From Felis catus (Eukaryota): DNA of 64,000 nt. This document shows, piece after piece, positions 51,876-63,589 of this stretch (position 1 is its first letter; each line of letters begins with the position of its first letter). The translations under genes and the position numbers were made by a program. The stretch is from positions 196,790,001-196,854,000 of the forward strand of contig NC_058368.1 in the NCBI RefSeq assembly GCF_018350175.1. The letters are read 5' to 3'. The notes beneath the pieces were generated by a model. The model did no database searches. It saw only the letters and a list, made by a program, of their open reading frames with translations, and was not told the DNA's origin.

Positions 51876-53382
51876 CTACAGGACAGGCAGAACGTTATCG
51901 GGCTGCGGACCGCCCTCCCCACCCTTCAGGGGTAGAGGAAGTTACCACCATTTCACGGAAGTGAAAACCTCCGACACAGCTCTCCGGCCCAAAAGAGGAC
52001 CTGAAGAGGTCATGGCAGGAACCTCACAAAGCCATCCCCAACCCACTCCCACTCACTGTTTCCAGCCTCTACTTGCACACCCTCACTGACAGGGAGCTCA
52101 TTCCCTCCTGGGGCAGCCTACTCTGTTTTGAACAGCTTTGACAGAGATTAAAAAGTTCTTCCTGGGGCTGGTATGAAAACTGCTTTTCCGGTGCTGGGCC
52201 CACGGGTCCCCTCCCCCTCCAGCAGAGGCCCAGAGCAGGGCTGCTTCCTCACCCCAGGACGGCCTTTTCCAGGAGGCAGAAACTGCCTTTCCCTTCTCCA
52301 AGTGCCCCCAGTTCCTGCTCAGGAACAACTACTCCAGTGCCATTCCGGCTGCTATGGCTGTGCATGGTCAGCACTTCCCAAGGGCCCGCGGGGTGCCAGA
52401 ATTGTCTAGCTTTCACATCCACCCTCCGGGTCAGGACTCTTGTCTCCATCTGATGGCTGAGCCAACACAGCTTAAGAGGCTCCGTAACTTCTCTGGGGTC
52501 ACGCAGTTAGTCGGGCGGCAGGCTGGGGATCCCAGCTCCGTCCTCTTGACCCCAGGGGCCAGCTTGAACACCCAGGCGGCTGGGTCACCAAGAGTGCCCT
52601 TTCACGATTGCCGCTCGATTGTATCGTTTTCTTAAGTTTTTGATAGACTCACTTTTGAAACCTTAGACCTGTTCTATCAATAATTTGAAGAAAATATCAG
52701 CTTCTGTACTGGTTCTAGTTTTTCTCAAACGCAGAGAAACATTTCAGTAACAATTACAATAAACGGTCTGAAGGGGAAAAGCTGTCTGTGGATCCCCACC
52801 GGGTCCTGTGTCACCCTCACCTCGTGGGTCACGTGCCCCTTTTTGGAAGACATTGCAGGCCATCCTGTCCTGGGTTCAAAGTGCCCCTCGCCTCCTGCCC
52901 AGTTACACTGGGGCGCCCAGACCTGAGCAGCACACCCGACGGCGGGACCAGTGCGCAGGAGACAGGACAACATCTCCCTCATTCTGGATGTCAGATGTCT
53001 CCCATGCGGCTGGGATCCAAGCGCCCCCTCTCTGCGAATCTACATCTTTCAGAGCGAGGCTGGAGTTCTCTCCACACATCTCTGTCTACCCCGGTGGTCT
53101 GTGAAGTCCCCAGGCAGGGTCCTTGTCTTCTCTGCACAGCGCTCAGCACACAGTAGGTGCTTGATAATGCACGCAGCAACATGAGACTGCCTTCCTCTTG
53201 TTGGCATGTCACCTACCATACCAGCCGGCTGTGCCCCAAGCCCTGCATTTTCCCCTGTGCCAATCCCCATCCTGGGTTTGCACAGCCAGGCTCTGGCCCA
53301 CACTAGTGCCCGGATCTCCCCTCTGGTTCCTGTTGGGTGGTTTTCCCAGAGGCAGGGGAAGAGCCCACGAAGTCCCACGTAC

Positions 53383-53578
53383 CCCCAGTGTCCACCAGCC
53401 AGCGGCTGCTGTTGCCTTTGGTGTCCTTGTTTTGAAGGAGAGCCACAATCTGGCCCCGCAGCAGCTTCAGGTCCAGAGTCCCAGCCCCACTGATGTTGCT
53501 TGTCACCTGGTACAGCTTCTCCGGGCCGTATCTGCTTAGCAGCGCCTGCACCTGCCGTTCAGCCCCTGGAAGGAGTGG
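53383..53578 (-). CDS. ARHGEF37: ARHGEF37 coding exon, first SH3 domain: [11 protein letters not shown]...[18 protein letters not shown]
   Basis: Acceptor ccccag and donor gtacgt; 196 nt = 65 codons + 1 nt, consistent with the 2-nt start of the next exon. Confidence 0.93.
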
Positions 53579-55505
53579 CTGGGGGGCGGGAGGGAGGGAC
53601 AGAGACACGGGGGCCTGAGTTGGCGTGTCAAAGCCGGTGCAGTGTTTGCCCACGTGCCGACGGCCAGGGGACCTGGGCTGATCCAACCTCTGCTGCCGAC
53701 AGGCATCCCAGCCGGGCAACAGTCTCCTCGCCAACAGATGGCTGGACCACAGGAAGAACACACACTCTTAGCAGCCGAAGGGATCTCAGAAAAAAAAAAA
53801 ACAAAAACAAAAACAAAAACCCTCTAATTTAACCCCTAAAGCCCCTCTAGGTCTACACTTCTGGGATTTTCCAAAATCCTAATTCGGGTTTTGAAATTTC
53901 TCAGTTACAGCACTCTAGGACTGGGCCCTAAACTCTGGCCCCAGCCTCAAGCTGAATCATCCCACAGGAAAAAGCCCGGCAGGGCTCTCAGCAGGGCTGT
54001 GAGCTTCCCACAGCCACCTGGCCTTCCTCGTGTGGCTGCTGTGACAGCCAGCACAGGGTGACACGCACAGACCCTCCCTCACGTGCGAAGGAAGGGAGCG
54101 CTATCTTTTATTCCACAAGTGTTCATTGAGCACCTACTGTTTCCAAGGCCCAGGAAGCCTTGTGAATGGGGTAGTGGAAACACAGAAGACAGCTTTGCCC
54201 TGATGCGAACTGCCACCCAGCTGGGAAGAATGACTCAGTGGCACTGTCCGCCCATCCAACGACCTCCTGGCATTGCCTTTGTTTTCTTGCTCATGGTTTC
54301 CAGAAGTATCACCAAGAAGGGACTCGGGGACAACTGTCCCCTTTTTGTAAAACAAAGGAGAAATTTAAGATGTTCTATATAGATCTACCATATACTCTCT
54401 GACTATGTATCATATTCTATATGGTTATTTCTGGGAGAAGAGGTGTTGGTGTAGGGAAAACAGGCAGAGGTGCCCTTCAGGGGCATTTGGGCACAGACTC
54501 TGCCATCAGCCCTACTCCAGAGGGTTCGCTAGTCAGGATCGAGAACCAGGAGGACCTGGTGTTTCTAAATAGGCCCTTAAATGGAAGTGGAGACAGGGTG
54601 GCTTTACCCACTGAGCACCCCCCGCCCCCCGCCCCAGAATGCTGGTGTTAACCCGAGTATAAAAGCCAGTGGTGTAGAAACATTTGCCTCCTTTCTCAAG
54701 TCCGAGAGAGGCCCTAGGAGGAGAACAGCAGTATTCCCTGGAGGAGCCGAGGGGAGCCAGGGAAAAATATCACCAGGAGTGATGGGACGGAAGCACTCCT
54801 GGGTGACCACCTCGGGTTCTGCACCCTCAGGCAGAGAAGTCTGGAATGGATAGGGGGAGTGTGGGCGGTGGGGCAGAAACAAAGGTGGAAAAGAAGGGGC
54901 TTCCCTTCTCTTCTACTGACTTGCAACACATACTGGGGTTATGATGTTCCCATTCGTTTTCTCTTTTTTGTTTCTCTGTGTCTTCTTTCTACAATCAGCT
55001 TGGGATGCTTTTCCGATAAGAACGTTACTGTGTCTTAAGTAGAAAGAGAGAGGAGGCTCCCACGCCCCGGGACCCACACGAGTGCCTGCTCTGTGATTTT
55101 CTGCACCTTCCTCTCCCCGCATAGCAGGGCCCCTGCCACACCCCCCATGAGACCTCTGCTGGGGCAGTGTCAGCGTAGGGGAGGAGGTGGGGACGGCTGT
55201 GGCCCAAGCAGGAGTCAGCACCCCTCGGAACGGCCATGCATCTCTGATGGTCTTTGACCTTCTCTGCACTCCAGCCACGTGCCCAGGCCACCTGTATGGG
55301 CGCGCTCTGCTGGGCTCCTTTACTTGTCCCTCTGTGTCCCCTTCCCCCTTCTGGGGAATCCTGATACTGTCTCCTGACCCTTAATTTCGCAATTCCACGT
55401 ACGACTGAACACCCAGTTTCAATTTCCTCAAATCCAGGCCCGTCCTCCTCTGGGGACTCTTTCTCCTTTAGCTACTTCAGCTCTGTTTACAAAACAGACT
55501 ACCTA

Positions 55506-55722
55506 GGGGCACCTGGATGGCTTAGTCGGTTAAGCATCTGACTTCGGCTCAGGTCATGATCTCATGGTTTGTGAGTTCGAGCCCCTCGTCGGGCTCTGTG
55601 CTGACAGCTCAGAGCCTGGAGCCTGCTTCCGATTCTGTCTCTGTCTCTCTGCCCCTCCCCTACTCGCTCTCTGTCTCTCTCTCTCTCAACTATAAAACAT
55701 AAAAAAAAAAATTTTTTTTTTA
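55506..55722 (+). mobile_element. Intronic Can-SINE, antisense to ARHGEF37
   Basis: Full copy with degenerate TSD aaaacaga(c/t)ta(c/t)ct. Confidence 0.92.
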
Positions 55723-55879
55723 AACAAAACAGATTATCTGTGTATCTCCTTCAAGTGGACTGGAAGGTACCCTTTCCTTATATTTTAGAGAAAAATATTT
55801 TACAAAAAAAAAAAAAAAAGCTGCACCCCAGTGGCAGGTGAAGGACCGAACGGTCTACGGGACAAGGAGGGACACTTAC

Positions 55880-56008
55880 CTGTACGGTGGGAGGTGGCAG
55901 CACTTTCTCAAAGTTCTCTTGAAAGGAGCGAAGCTGGTGACCAGTCTGGCCCAGCACATCCTCCACCAGCTTCCTGAAGGCTGGCTCGGAGAGGTGGTGG
56001 TGAGGCAG
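55880..56008 (-). CDS. ARHGEF37: ARHGEF37 coding exon: [43 protein letters not shown]
   Basis: Acceptor cacccag and donor gtaagt; 129 nt, phase 0-0. Confidence 0.92.
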
Positions 56009-58427
56009 CTGGGTGGGGCAGACACTGTCATCAGAGCACGCTCTGGAGAAAGGGGACAGAAGGACTCTGGCAGCCTACGCTCCAGCCCCGATGTGTTACG
56101 ATGGGTCTTTCTGTCTTTGTCGGCTGCCATTTTTGCCTGCCGACTGCCCCACTCTCTGTCCTTCAAGAAAGCATCCCTCTGGGAGGGTCTCGCGGGACTG
56201 CCCACCGTGGTGCTGCAGCCACACGGCTGGCAGGCACGGCCACCCTTCTCCCATCCACCGTGATCAGCCCACGGACTGGACAAGCAGCCCGCGCAAGGCT
56301 CAGAGTCGTCCTCCCGCAGATTTAGTATGTGAAGGCTGAGAACGACAGAATAACGTTTCCCCTAGCTTCTGAGATGTGAAGCTGTCTCTCCCACCGTGCA
56401 GAAAAAGGGTCTGCCTGAGAATGAAGCCAACCCGGAGAGGGACATGGAGCCAGGAGGGGGAGCGAGAGTCAGAGCCCCGACAACACTATCTGTACTGAAT
56501 GCAGCCTGCCCGGGGCTCATCCCCTCCGGAGCCTCCCAGTTATGCAAGTCACGACGCTGTTCTTTAGGCCTCAGCTGGGTTGGAGCCCAAGGAGTTCTGA
56601 GTAATGCTCCACGCTGAGCCCCTGGCCCTGCTAGCCATCTCCAGCATTCTTAACCACACGACCTAGGAATGAGTTAGACCCCACAGCTAACAGAGACATG
56701 TCCTCTCTCTGCTTGTCACCAAACTCACTGCTCTTGGCTCTGTCTCAGAGCCCTTCCCCCGCCCCCCCAGGATGCGGACAGACTGAGGCTCCACCGTGCA
56801 GGCCTTTCTTGGGCTCCACAGGACCGGTCCAGGGGGAGGGGCCATGGGCCACAGACAGGAAGCGGGCACCAATCACTGACAGGCCCAACCAGGAAATGTC
56901 CCCTTTCAGCTTGTATAAAGCTGACCTTCCCGCTATTGGCACCCTGTAATACTCCCCAGCCCCGCACATCCCGGTCTGAACACCAGGGGCCTGGGAGCCT
57001 TGGAGGGAAAACTAGAGGGCGGGAAGAGAGTGACAAGATCATCTAATCAGATTTACCCTCTGCCTTCAGGAAAGAGAAATGCTTCTTTTTGCAGATGGTT
57101 CAGGCTTAATTGAATTCAAAAAGAGTGTCTGAGATAGAACTCTGTATTAAATGCTTGGAAGGCCAAAAAGAATAAAGCCTACAGTCCCAGCCCTCCTCAA
57201 TGAGGGGAAACAGCTTCATCCAGCAGCCCAGCAGAAGGCAGGCTCTGCTAAGTGCTTCACAGAGCACATCCGAAGGGCTGGTGGAGGGCAGAGGACGATG
57301 AGATGGGCTCTCCCAGCCGGGAGAGGGGATTCGGAGGGCTTCATGGAGAGACTTGTTCATCCTTCACATGTTTGGGGAGTTCCCGCCACACGCCAGGCAC
57401 TGTGGAAGGCATGGGGGACGATGGGGTAGGGGTGTTCCAGGCCAAGGAAGGAGTCGGTGCAAAGGGCCGTGGTCACACCCAGAAGAGGTATGCTGGAAGG
57501 GGCTGCGGGGGTGCAGTGAGGCACAGAGCCTCCACGGAGGTGGAACATGTGTGATTTAGAGGAAATCTCATGCAACAAACTGGATGGGGGCAGCTGAGCC
57601 GGGGACCATGAGGCAGAGGAGACAGCATGTGGTATGGGGAGTGCTGGAAGTTCCCGGGGGGCCAGACCCACAAGCCCCTCAGCTCGGATGCTGACATCAG
57701 AGAGGGACTGGAAAGCAGCTGAGTCTGCCTTCCTGTGTCAACCCCAGTTTTCAAGAATCAAAGTTTGCCCTTGGAAGTTTGTCCAAACCTCTTTGCAAGC
57801 TCTTTATGCTTTCAGCAGACAGCTCTTCTAACGGGCTGTCAAGCATTGTTCAGAGCCTGGGCTCCAGGGTTGAACCGCAAGGGTTCAAATCCTGCTATCA
57901 GCGGGGTGGCCTTGGGCAAGCCGTTTAACCCCTCTGTGCCCGGGGCTTCCTTTTGGAATGGGGACAATAACACCACCTACTCTACAGGGTCACTGTGAAG
58001 ATTAGGTGAGACAATTCACGAAGGTACTCACTAAGTGCTCACAAGGAGGCGGCTGCTAGAAGAATAGTAGCAGCAGAACGAGGCTTGGGACATTCACTCC
58101 TGATTGTGTAGAAGGGTCCTGGCCTCTGTCACCAATGTCTAATACACCCCAAGGCCTGGCCCCAAGGTCTGCTATTTTCCCAGCAGAGCCTCGTCCGCTT
58201 CTGAATCGCAGAGCCCAGGAATGGACTGAAGTCCCAGTTCTACCCTTGTTTACATGATCTGATTCCATTAATGGAAGGAGAACTGGCATCAGAGAGATCC
58301 AGAAGGTCCCCGTGGGCTCCTCCCAAGCACCTGATGGCCTGTTTGGAAGGCCCCCCATCCCAGCCCCCGCAAACAGCTGACTGAAGGGGCCAAGAGGCCT
58401 TGCCTGGCTATCCTACAGAGGCCTTAC

Positions 58428-58757
58428 CTGGGCCAAGCTGCCCTCTGCCCTCTGCAGCACTTGCTTTGCAAGGTCCCTCTGGAGGTCCACGAACGTGTGC
58501 AAGATCTGGCCCAGCCACCGCATGGCCAGCTGGTTAAGCTGGGGGAGTTCAGCCACCAACAGGGAGTTGAGGGCCTGGTACGTGTGCCGGGCCTCCTGCT
58601 CCTCGTACGTCACGCTGCCCACCTCCAACAGCTTCTCTTCCACCCTCTCGAAGTCCAGTAGTTTGTCCAGACGCTTCTTGACCAGGTTCTGAGGGCCACT
58701 CAGGGCTTTAGCGAGGCTGCACAATGGCTGCCATACCAGGCCTTCCAGCCGCTGCTT
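58428..58757 (-). CDS. ARHGEF37: ARHGEF37 coding exon, BAR domain core: [13 protein letters not shown]...[13 protein letters not shown]...AEGSLAQ
   Basis: Acceptor cccacag and donor gtaagg; 330 nt, phase 0-0. Contains the KKR-DKLLD[FY] BAR motif and YQALN--L-AELP. Confidence 0.95.
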
Positions 58758-59364
58758 CTGTGGGGAGAGATGAGCTGGGGGCTGGGCAAGGAAGTGGCAG
58801 AGGACAGGCACCTGGGAGAAGGGGTTTTGGAGGCAGGTAGGACTGGGCTCTAGTCCCGCCCCCACAGACCAGCCGTGGCCTCTTGCGTGTTATGGAACCT
58901 TTCTGGGCTTCCACGTGCCCATCTGAAAAACGGGGACGGTGCACATACGAGCTTAGCAGAGTGCCTGGCGCTTCCCAGCATCTGTGCACAGGTCTGAAAA
59001 GATCTTGTATAGAGTGGTGATCGCAAACACAATCTTTGGGGGCTCAGATCCCAACTTGCCATTGACCATCTGAGTCACTTTGGGAAGTCACCCTCTCCAA
59101 GCCTCCAGCTCTCATCTGCAGAATGGGGCTCTTAATAGCATCGACCCCGTGAGCCACGTTGTGAAGATTAAATGAGATGAAGACTGTAAAGGGCTCAGCA
59201 GCTTATGTGCCTGGCAGACAGCAAGGCACAACAAACATTAGCGGGGGCTATTTTTATCAGTAAAATGCATTAATAATAATCCCTGCTCTGCTGACAACTC
59301 TGGGCGGTTGCGGATGTGACAACCGTGTAAAGGTCCTGACTTCTAAATATTCTTTTCTTCTTCT

Positions 59365-59497
59365 TCTTCTTTTTTTTTAACGATTCCGTGTTTTGTTTTG
59401 TTTTTTAAGTAATCTCTACACCCAACGTGGAGCTCGAACTCCCAACCGCGAGATCAAGAGCTGCATGTTCTACCAATGGAGCCCGCGAGGCACCCCC
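59365..59497 (-). mobile_element. Short intronic tRNA-derived SINE
   Basis: aagtaatctctacacccaacgtggagctcgaactc...ggcacccc. Confidence 0.75.
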
Positions 59498-59565
59498 TAA
59501 ATATCGTTCCTAATAGGCTCTGCCGCCTGCCTGAAAAGCAAGGGGAAAGGAGAGGCTGCACTTAC

Positions 59566-59676
59566 AAAGTCTGGGAAGGCCTGGAGCTGGAGGTCTCCCA
59601 TCAGGCTGCAGTACTGCACCACCGGCCCCCCAGGGATGTCCAGCTCGGATTCCTGCGGCCTGAAGCGGAGGAAAGC
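59566..59676 (-). CDS. ARHGEF37: ARHGEF37 coding exon: [37 protein letters not shown]
   Basis: Acceptor gtccag and donor gtaag; 111 nt, phase 0-0, in frame with both neighbouring exons. Confidence 0.9.
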
Positions 59677-60190
59677 CTGGACCCCGAGCAAAGGAGAGAC
59701 AGTCAGTCATGGCCCATCACAGCCATCTCACGCCTGTATCCCCACCCCCCAACTCTACCCTCAAAGAGACTGTCCAGGCTCTCTGCACACCCACCGTGAC
59801 AGGGAAGCACACAGCCTAGTCAATCCTTGCACAACTTGGGTGATTAGAAAGTTCTTCCTTGGACTGAACCAACATCTGTCTCCCTATTCCAGCGCTTTCC
59901 AAACTTCATGCCTTTGCCGATCACCTGTGTGGTTTTACTGCCATGTCCATGTTCCACACATTCTATTAACCCTTGAAATCAACTAACCATGCCTATTTGT
60001 ATCAAAGGATCTTAAAAAAAAACAACAACCCACCGATGACACTACCATAAGAGGAAAACCAGCAATCACTGTCATAAATAGGCATGTAAGAGTAATTGCA
60101 ATAAAAACAATGTCGTTAAGTTCTGTCTGGACATCATTGCCTACAGAAGGCTCCCAGCCCGAGACTTGCCTTGCCCGTCTTTGTTTGGTT

Positions 60191-60394
60191 TTTTTAATGT
60201 TTATTTTTGAGAGAGACAGAGACAGAGCTTGAGCAGGGAAGGGGCAGAGAGAGAGGGAGACACAGAATCAGAAGCAGGCTCCAGGCTCCGAGCTGTCAGT
60301 GCAGAGCCCGACGCGGGACTCAAACTCACAGACCGTAAGATCACGACCCAAGCTGAAGTCGGACGCCCAACCGACTGAGCCACCCAGGCGCCCC
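60191..60394 (-). mobile_element. Intronic Can-SINE, sense to ARHGEF37
   Basis: Full copy, antisense on the plus strand. Confidence 0.92.
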
Positions 60395-61092
60395 TCGCTC
60401 TGCCTGTGTTAAAGACACACAGGCAAAAGAAGGTTCTCCTGGACTGGGGATTACAAGAGGGAGTTGCGTGCTTGTTATGGGATTGCATGTCAATGCTGTG
60501 TCTGTCACATAAGCCTGAGTCTGGGGAAATGCAGCCGAATGCTTCCAAATATCTGTCCTACCTGCAGAGCCACATGTGTCTCTCACATGCCTCTGGTTTC
60601 TCTCTCATGGCCTCTCCATCCTTTTTCTTGAGAGCCTTCCCCGCCCAGCTCGTTGTCCTGTGACAGGATCCTGCTGCCGGATCCTTCCGCCGGGGGGCCC
60701 GGGATGGAGCAGGAATGAGCAGGGGGATCTGCCCCACACACAGGGAACTGTGGCCTCCCTCATTTTACACACTTCCCGTAAGGCCACCCCAAACCCCACT
60801 GTACGAAGAGCCTGTGATCATCTGACCAGACTGCTTTGCACCAATGGACAAGACTGAGAGCGAAACCACAGGAAAGGGACACAGTGGATGGAATGAGTCA
60901 GCATCCATAACAAAAGTGAAGGACGCTTTGGGCACGAGGCAAATGGCGTGTCGGAAGGCATGCAAACTGGGGTTCCTGCAGGCTGAATTCAGCCTCTAGA
61001 AATATTTTTTCTTGGGCCTGTACAGCATTTAAATTTTCATTTGTCGTTCACATGGACACATCAGGGGATTTCGTCTAAAAGTCTGAATTTTC

Positions 61093-61335
61093 GGGGCGCC
61101 TGGGTGGCGCAGTCGGTTAAGCGTCCGACTTCAGCCAGGTCACGATCTCGCGGTCTGTGGGTTCGAGCCCCACGTCGGGCTCTGGGCTGATGGCTCGGAG
61201 CCTGGAGCCTGTTTCCGATTCTGTGTCTCCCTCTCTCTCTGCCCCTCCCCCGTTCATGCTCTGTCTCTCTCTGTCCCAAAAATAAATAAACGTTGAAAAA
61301 AAAATTTTTTTTAATAAAATAAAAAAAAAAAAAAT
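61093..61335 (+). mobile_element. Young intronic Can-SINE, antisense to ARHGEF37
   Basis: TSD aaaagtctgaattttc at 61077-61092 and 61336-61351. Confidence 0.95.
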
Positions 61336-61898
61336 AAAAGTCTGAATTTTCAGTTGTTGTCTTTTTTCCCCCCTAAAATCAGAACTGGCTACTCTGGGTC
61401 CACACTCCCAAACAGCAACAGCTTCCCCGAGCCAAGTAACAGCCCTTTAGCTTGGAACCATCCGCCCATGCAGTCAGTCAGTCAAATTCTAAATATTATG
61501 ATGTATTTAACGCTCCTGAAAAGTCTCGTAAATAGCCTGTTAGATATTAAAGCCTTGAACACCTGCACATTTCACTCGGTAATATTACCTGCCTGACTCC
61601 TTCAGGCACCTGAGTCTGTCACCTGCTCTAGGTGCCAGAACGGCAGGGTCCCTCTAGAGGGCTCGGACGCCAGTGAATTTTAACCAAGCTCATTCCCTAG
61701 CAGCTCAATGGGCTTGGAAGCTAAGGGTTGGGGAGTGCTTGCCCAGGGCCTTCTTCTGACCTACAGCCCGTGACTAGGTGACCTCTTCCGTTTGGTTCCC
61801 GCAGCTGCTGCCTCTGCCAGCTTGTCAGATTAGCCCGGCGGGCCTCCTGCCTGGGGGGCCCAGCCCAGCCCACCCGTCATTAACTGCAAGATCCTCAC

Positions 61899-62003
61899 CT
61901 CCAGATTAGCCAGGTAAACAGCCACGTTGTTCTTCGTCTCGGTCACACACAGCGACACCCAGTGCAACCTCTCTTCTAAGTAATCGAATTCCTTGTCTTC
62001 TGT
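61899..62003 (-). CDS. ARHGEF37: ARHGEF37 coding exon: [35 protein letters not shown] (start of BAR region)
   Basis: Acceptor ctctcag and donor gtgagg; 105 nt, phase 0-0. Has the T-D-EF motif typical of the BAR N-terminus in Tuba/DNMBP-like GEFs. Confidence 0.93.
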
Positions 62004-62705
62004 CTGAGAGGAGAGTTTGTGAGAGCTGAGAATATCCCTAGGGGAGGCAGTGAGGCAGTGCAGATCCACACCCGCATCCCAAATCCTCACGGGGGACCAC
62101 CTCGCCCAGCCCTGCCCCTCAGAGCCACTTCCTACGGCCCCAAAGCGGAGTGGGACGGTTAGAGGCAGTGAGTGCGGCCTAATGGATTTGTACTCAGACC
62201 ATGAACTCCGATACACGAGCGAGCGTATGAGTCCTGGTTCACTTGCTTCCTAGCTGTGGGACCTTGGGCAAGTGTTTTACCCTCTCTGAGCCTGTTCTGT
62301 CAACTGCAAATGGGGTAATCAAAACACCTACTTCACTGGGTGGATCAAACCATGCCTGGTTCAGAGGAGGTATTCGATCAGCCTGAGCTGCTGATAGTTA
62401 TTCAGAGCTGGTTCCTTACCCAAACCCAGAGATCAGCTCTCCTGTCTGCATACAAAAAAATACTCAGAGAAAGAGTAGCACAGGAGGCAGAGGAGAAAGC
62501 CCTACCCTGGCTCTTCAGAATCACGTGAGGGGACCACCTCTGCCACCTCCTGGCTATGCCGTGTTGGGCACTCCCTTCACCCGCTTAGCCTCAGCTTCCT
62601 CATCTCCAAAAAGGGTCTAAGCCTGCCCCACCCACTGCATAGTCCTGCTCCTTGGGATGGCTGGGATGCAACCCTTCCTCCGTCGCCCCCGCCCTGGGAG
62701 CTCAC

Positions 62706-62836
62706 CCTGGGCACAAGCCCAGCTTCCTGCTTCAGCAGCTGGCTCAGCCGGGTGGTCTTCTTGGAGAGGGTGTGCGTGTTGATCCGGGCCAGCCTCTCCC
62801 GGAGCGTCAGCTGCCCCACTTTGGTATACTTGGAGG
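62706..62836 (-). CDS. ARHGEF37: ARHGEF37 coding exon (first visible in window): (A)[43 protein letters not shown]
   Basis: Acceptor tgcag at 62837-62838 and donor gtgag at 62701-62705. Length 131 nt = 2 nt + 43 codons. The peptide matches my recollection of ARHGEF37 just after the DH domain; upstream exons lie outside the window. Confidence 0.93.
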
Positions 62837-63589
62837 CTGCACCAACAGAGGACAGAGAAGGCATGGGAACCAAAGCCGACCCAGGAAAGCAGGCATCCCT
62901 GACACACCTGGTCAGGCATCCCTGACGCACCCACCCAGAGCCCTCTTCTCAGACATCAGCATCACGTCCATTAGGATGGCAGGCTGCTGAGGAAGAGCAC
63001 AGGGCTCGGCGCCCCTCGCTCCAAGGTGTGAGCCCCGGCTCAGGAGCTGTGGGACTTTGGCAAGTCGCCACTTCTTGGGCCCATTTCTTCATTTGCACAC
63101 GAGACCAGCCCCCTCGTGTGATTGCTGGGAGGGTCACATAAGATAGTGGGTCTGAAGGCACTTTCTAAAGAAGAGGGAGGTGATTTGCCTGGGGCCCCGT
63201 GGCCAGTGATAGCCAGGCCAGGCTGGGGCGCACACATCCCCGGTCCTGGTGTAGGACCGGTCTGCCACCCAGCCCCGGGGCCTGAGTTTGACACCCAGCT
63301 CTGCCTCTTCCCAGCTCTGCCAGCTCTCATTTTACCTGGAGTGTAGATTGTAAGGCTCAGCCCAGATAATGAATGAAAGACGTGTCACGGTCAGCCCTGG
63401 GAAACGTGAGCTGACTAAACTAGCACCTCTGTACCATCTAGGTCGTGCGGTTGCGTTTTCTCCCTGCTTGGGACACGGCTTCCTTTTCAAAGTCCTTCCG
63501 TTCCAACAACCTGAGAGATAGAGTTCCCCACCCACTAGCTGCTCTTCCCAAGGTATATATACACGGCTCCTGGCCTCCCCCTATTCATG

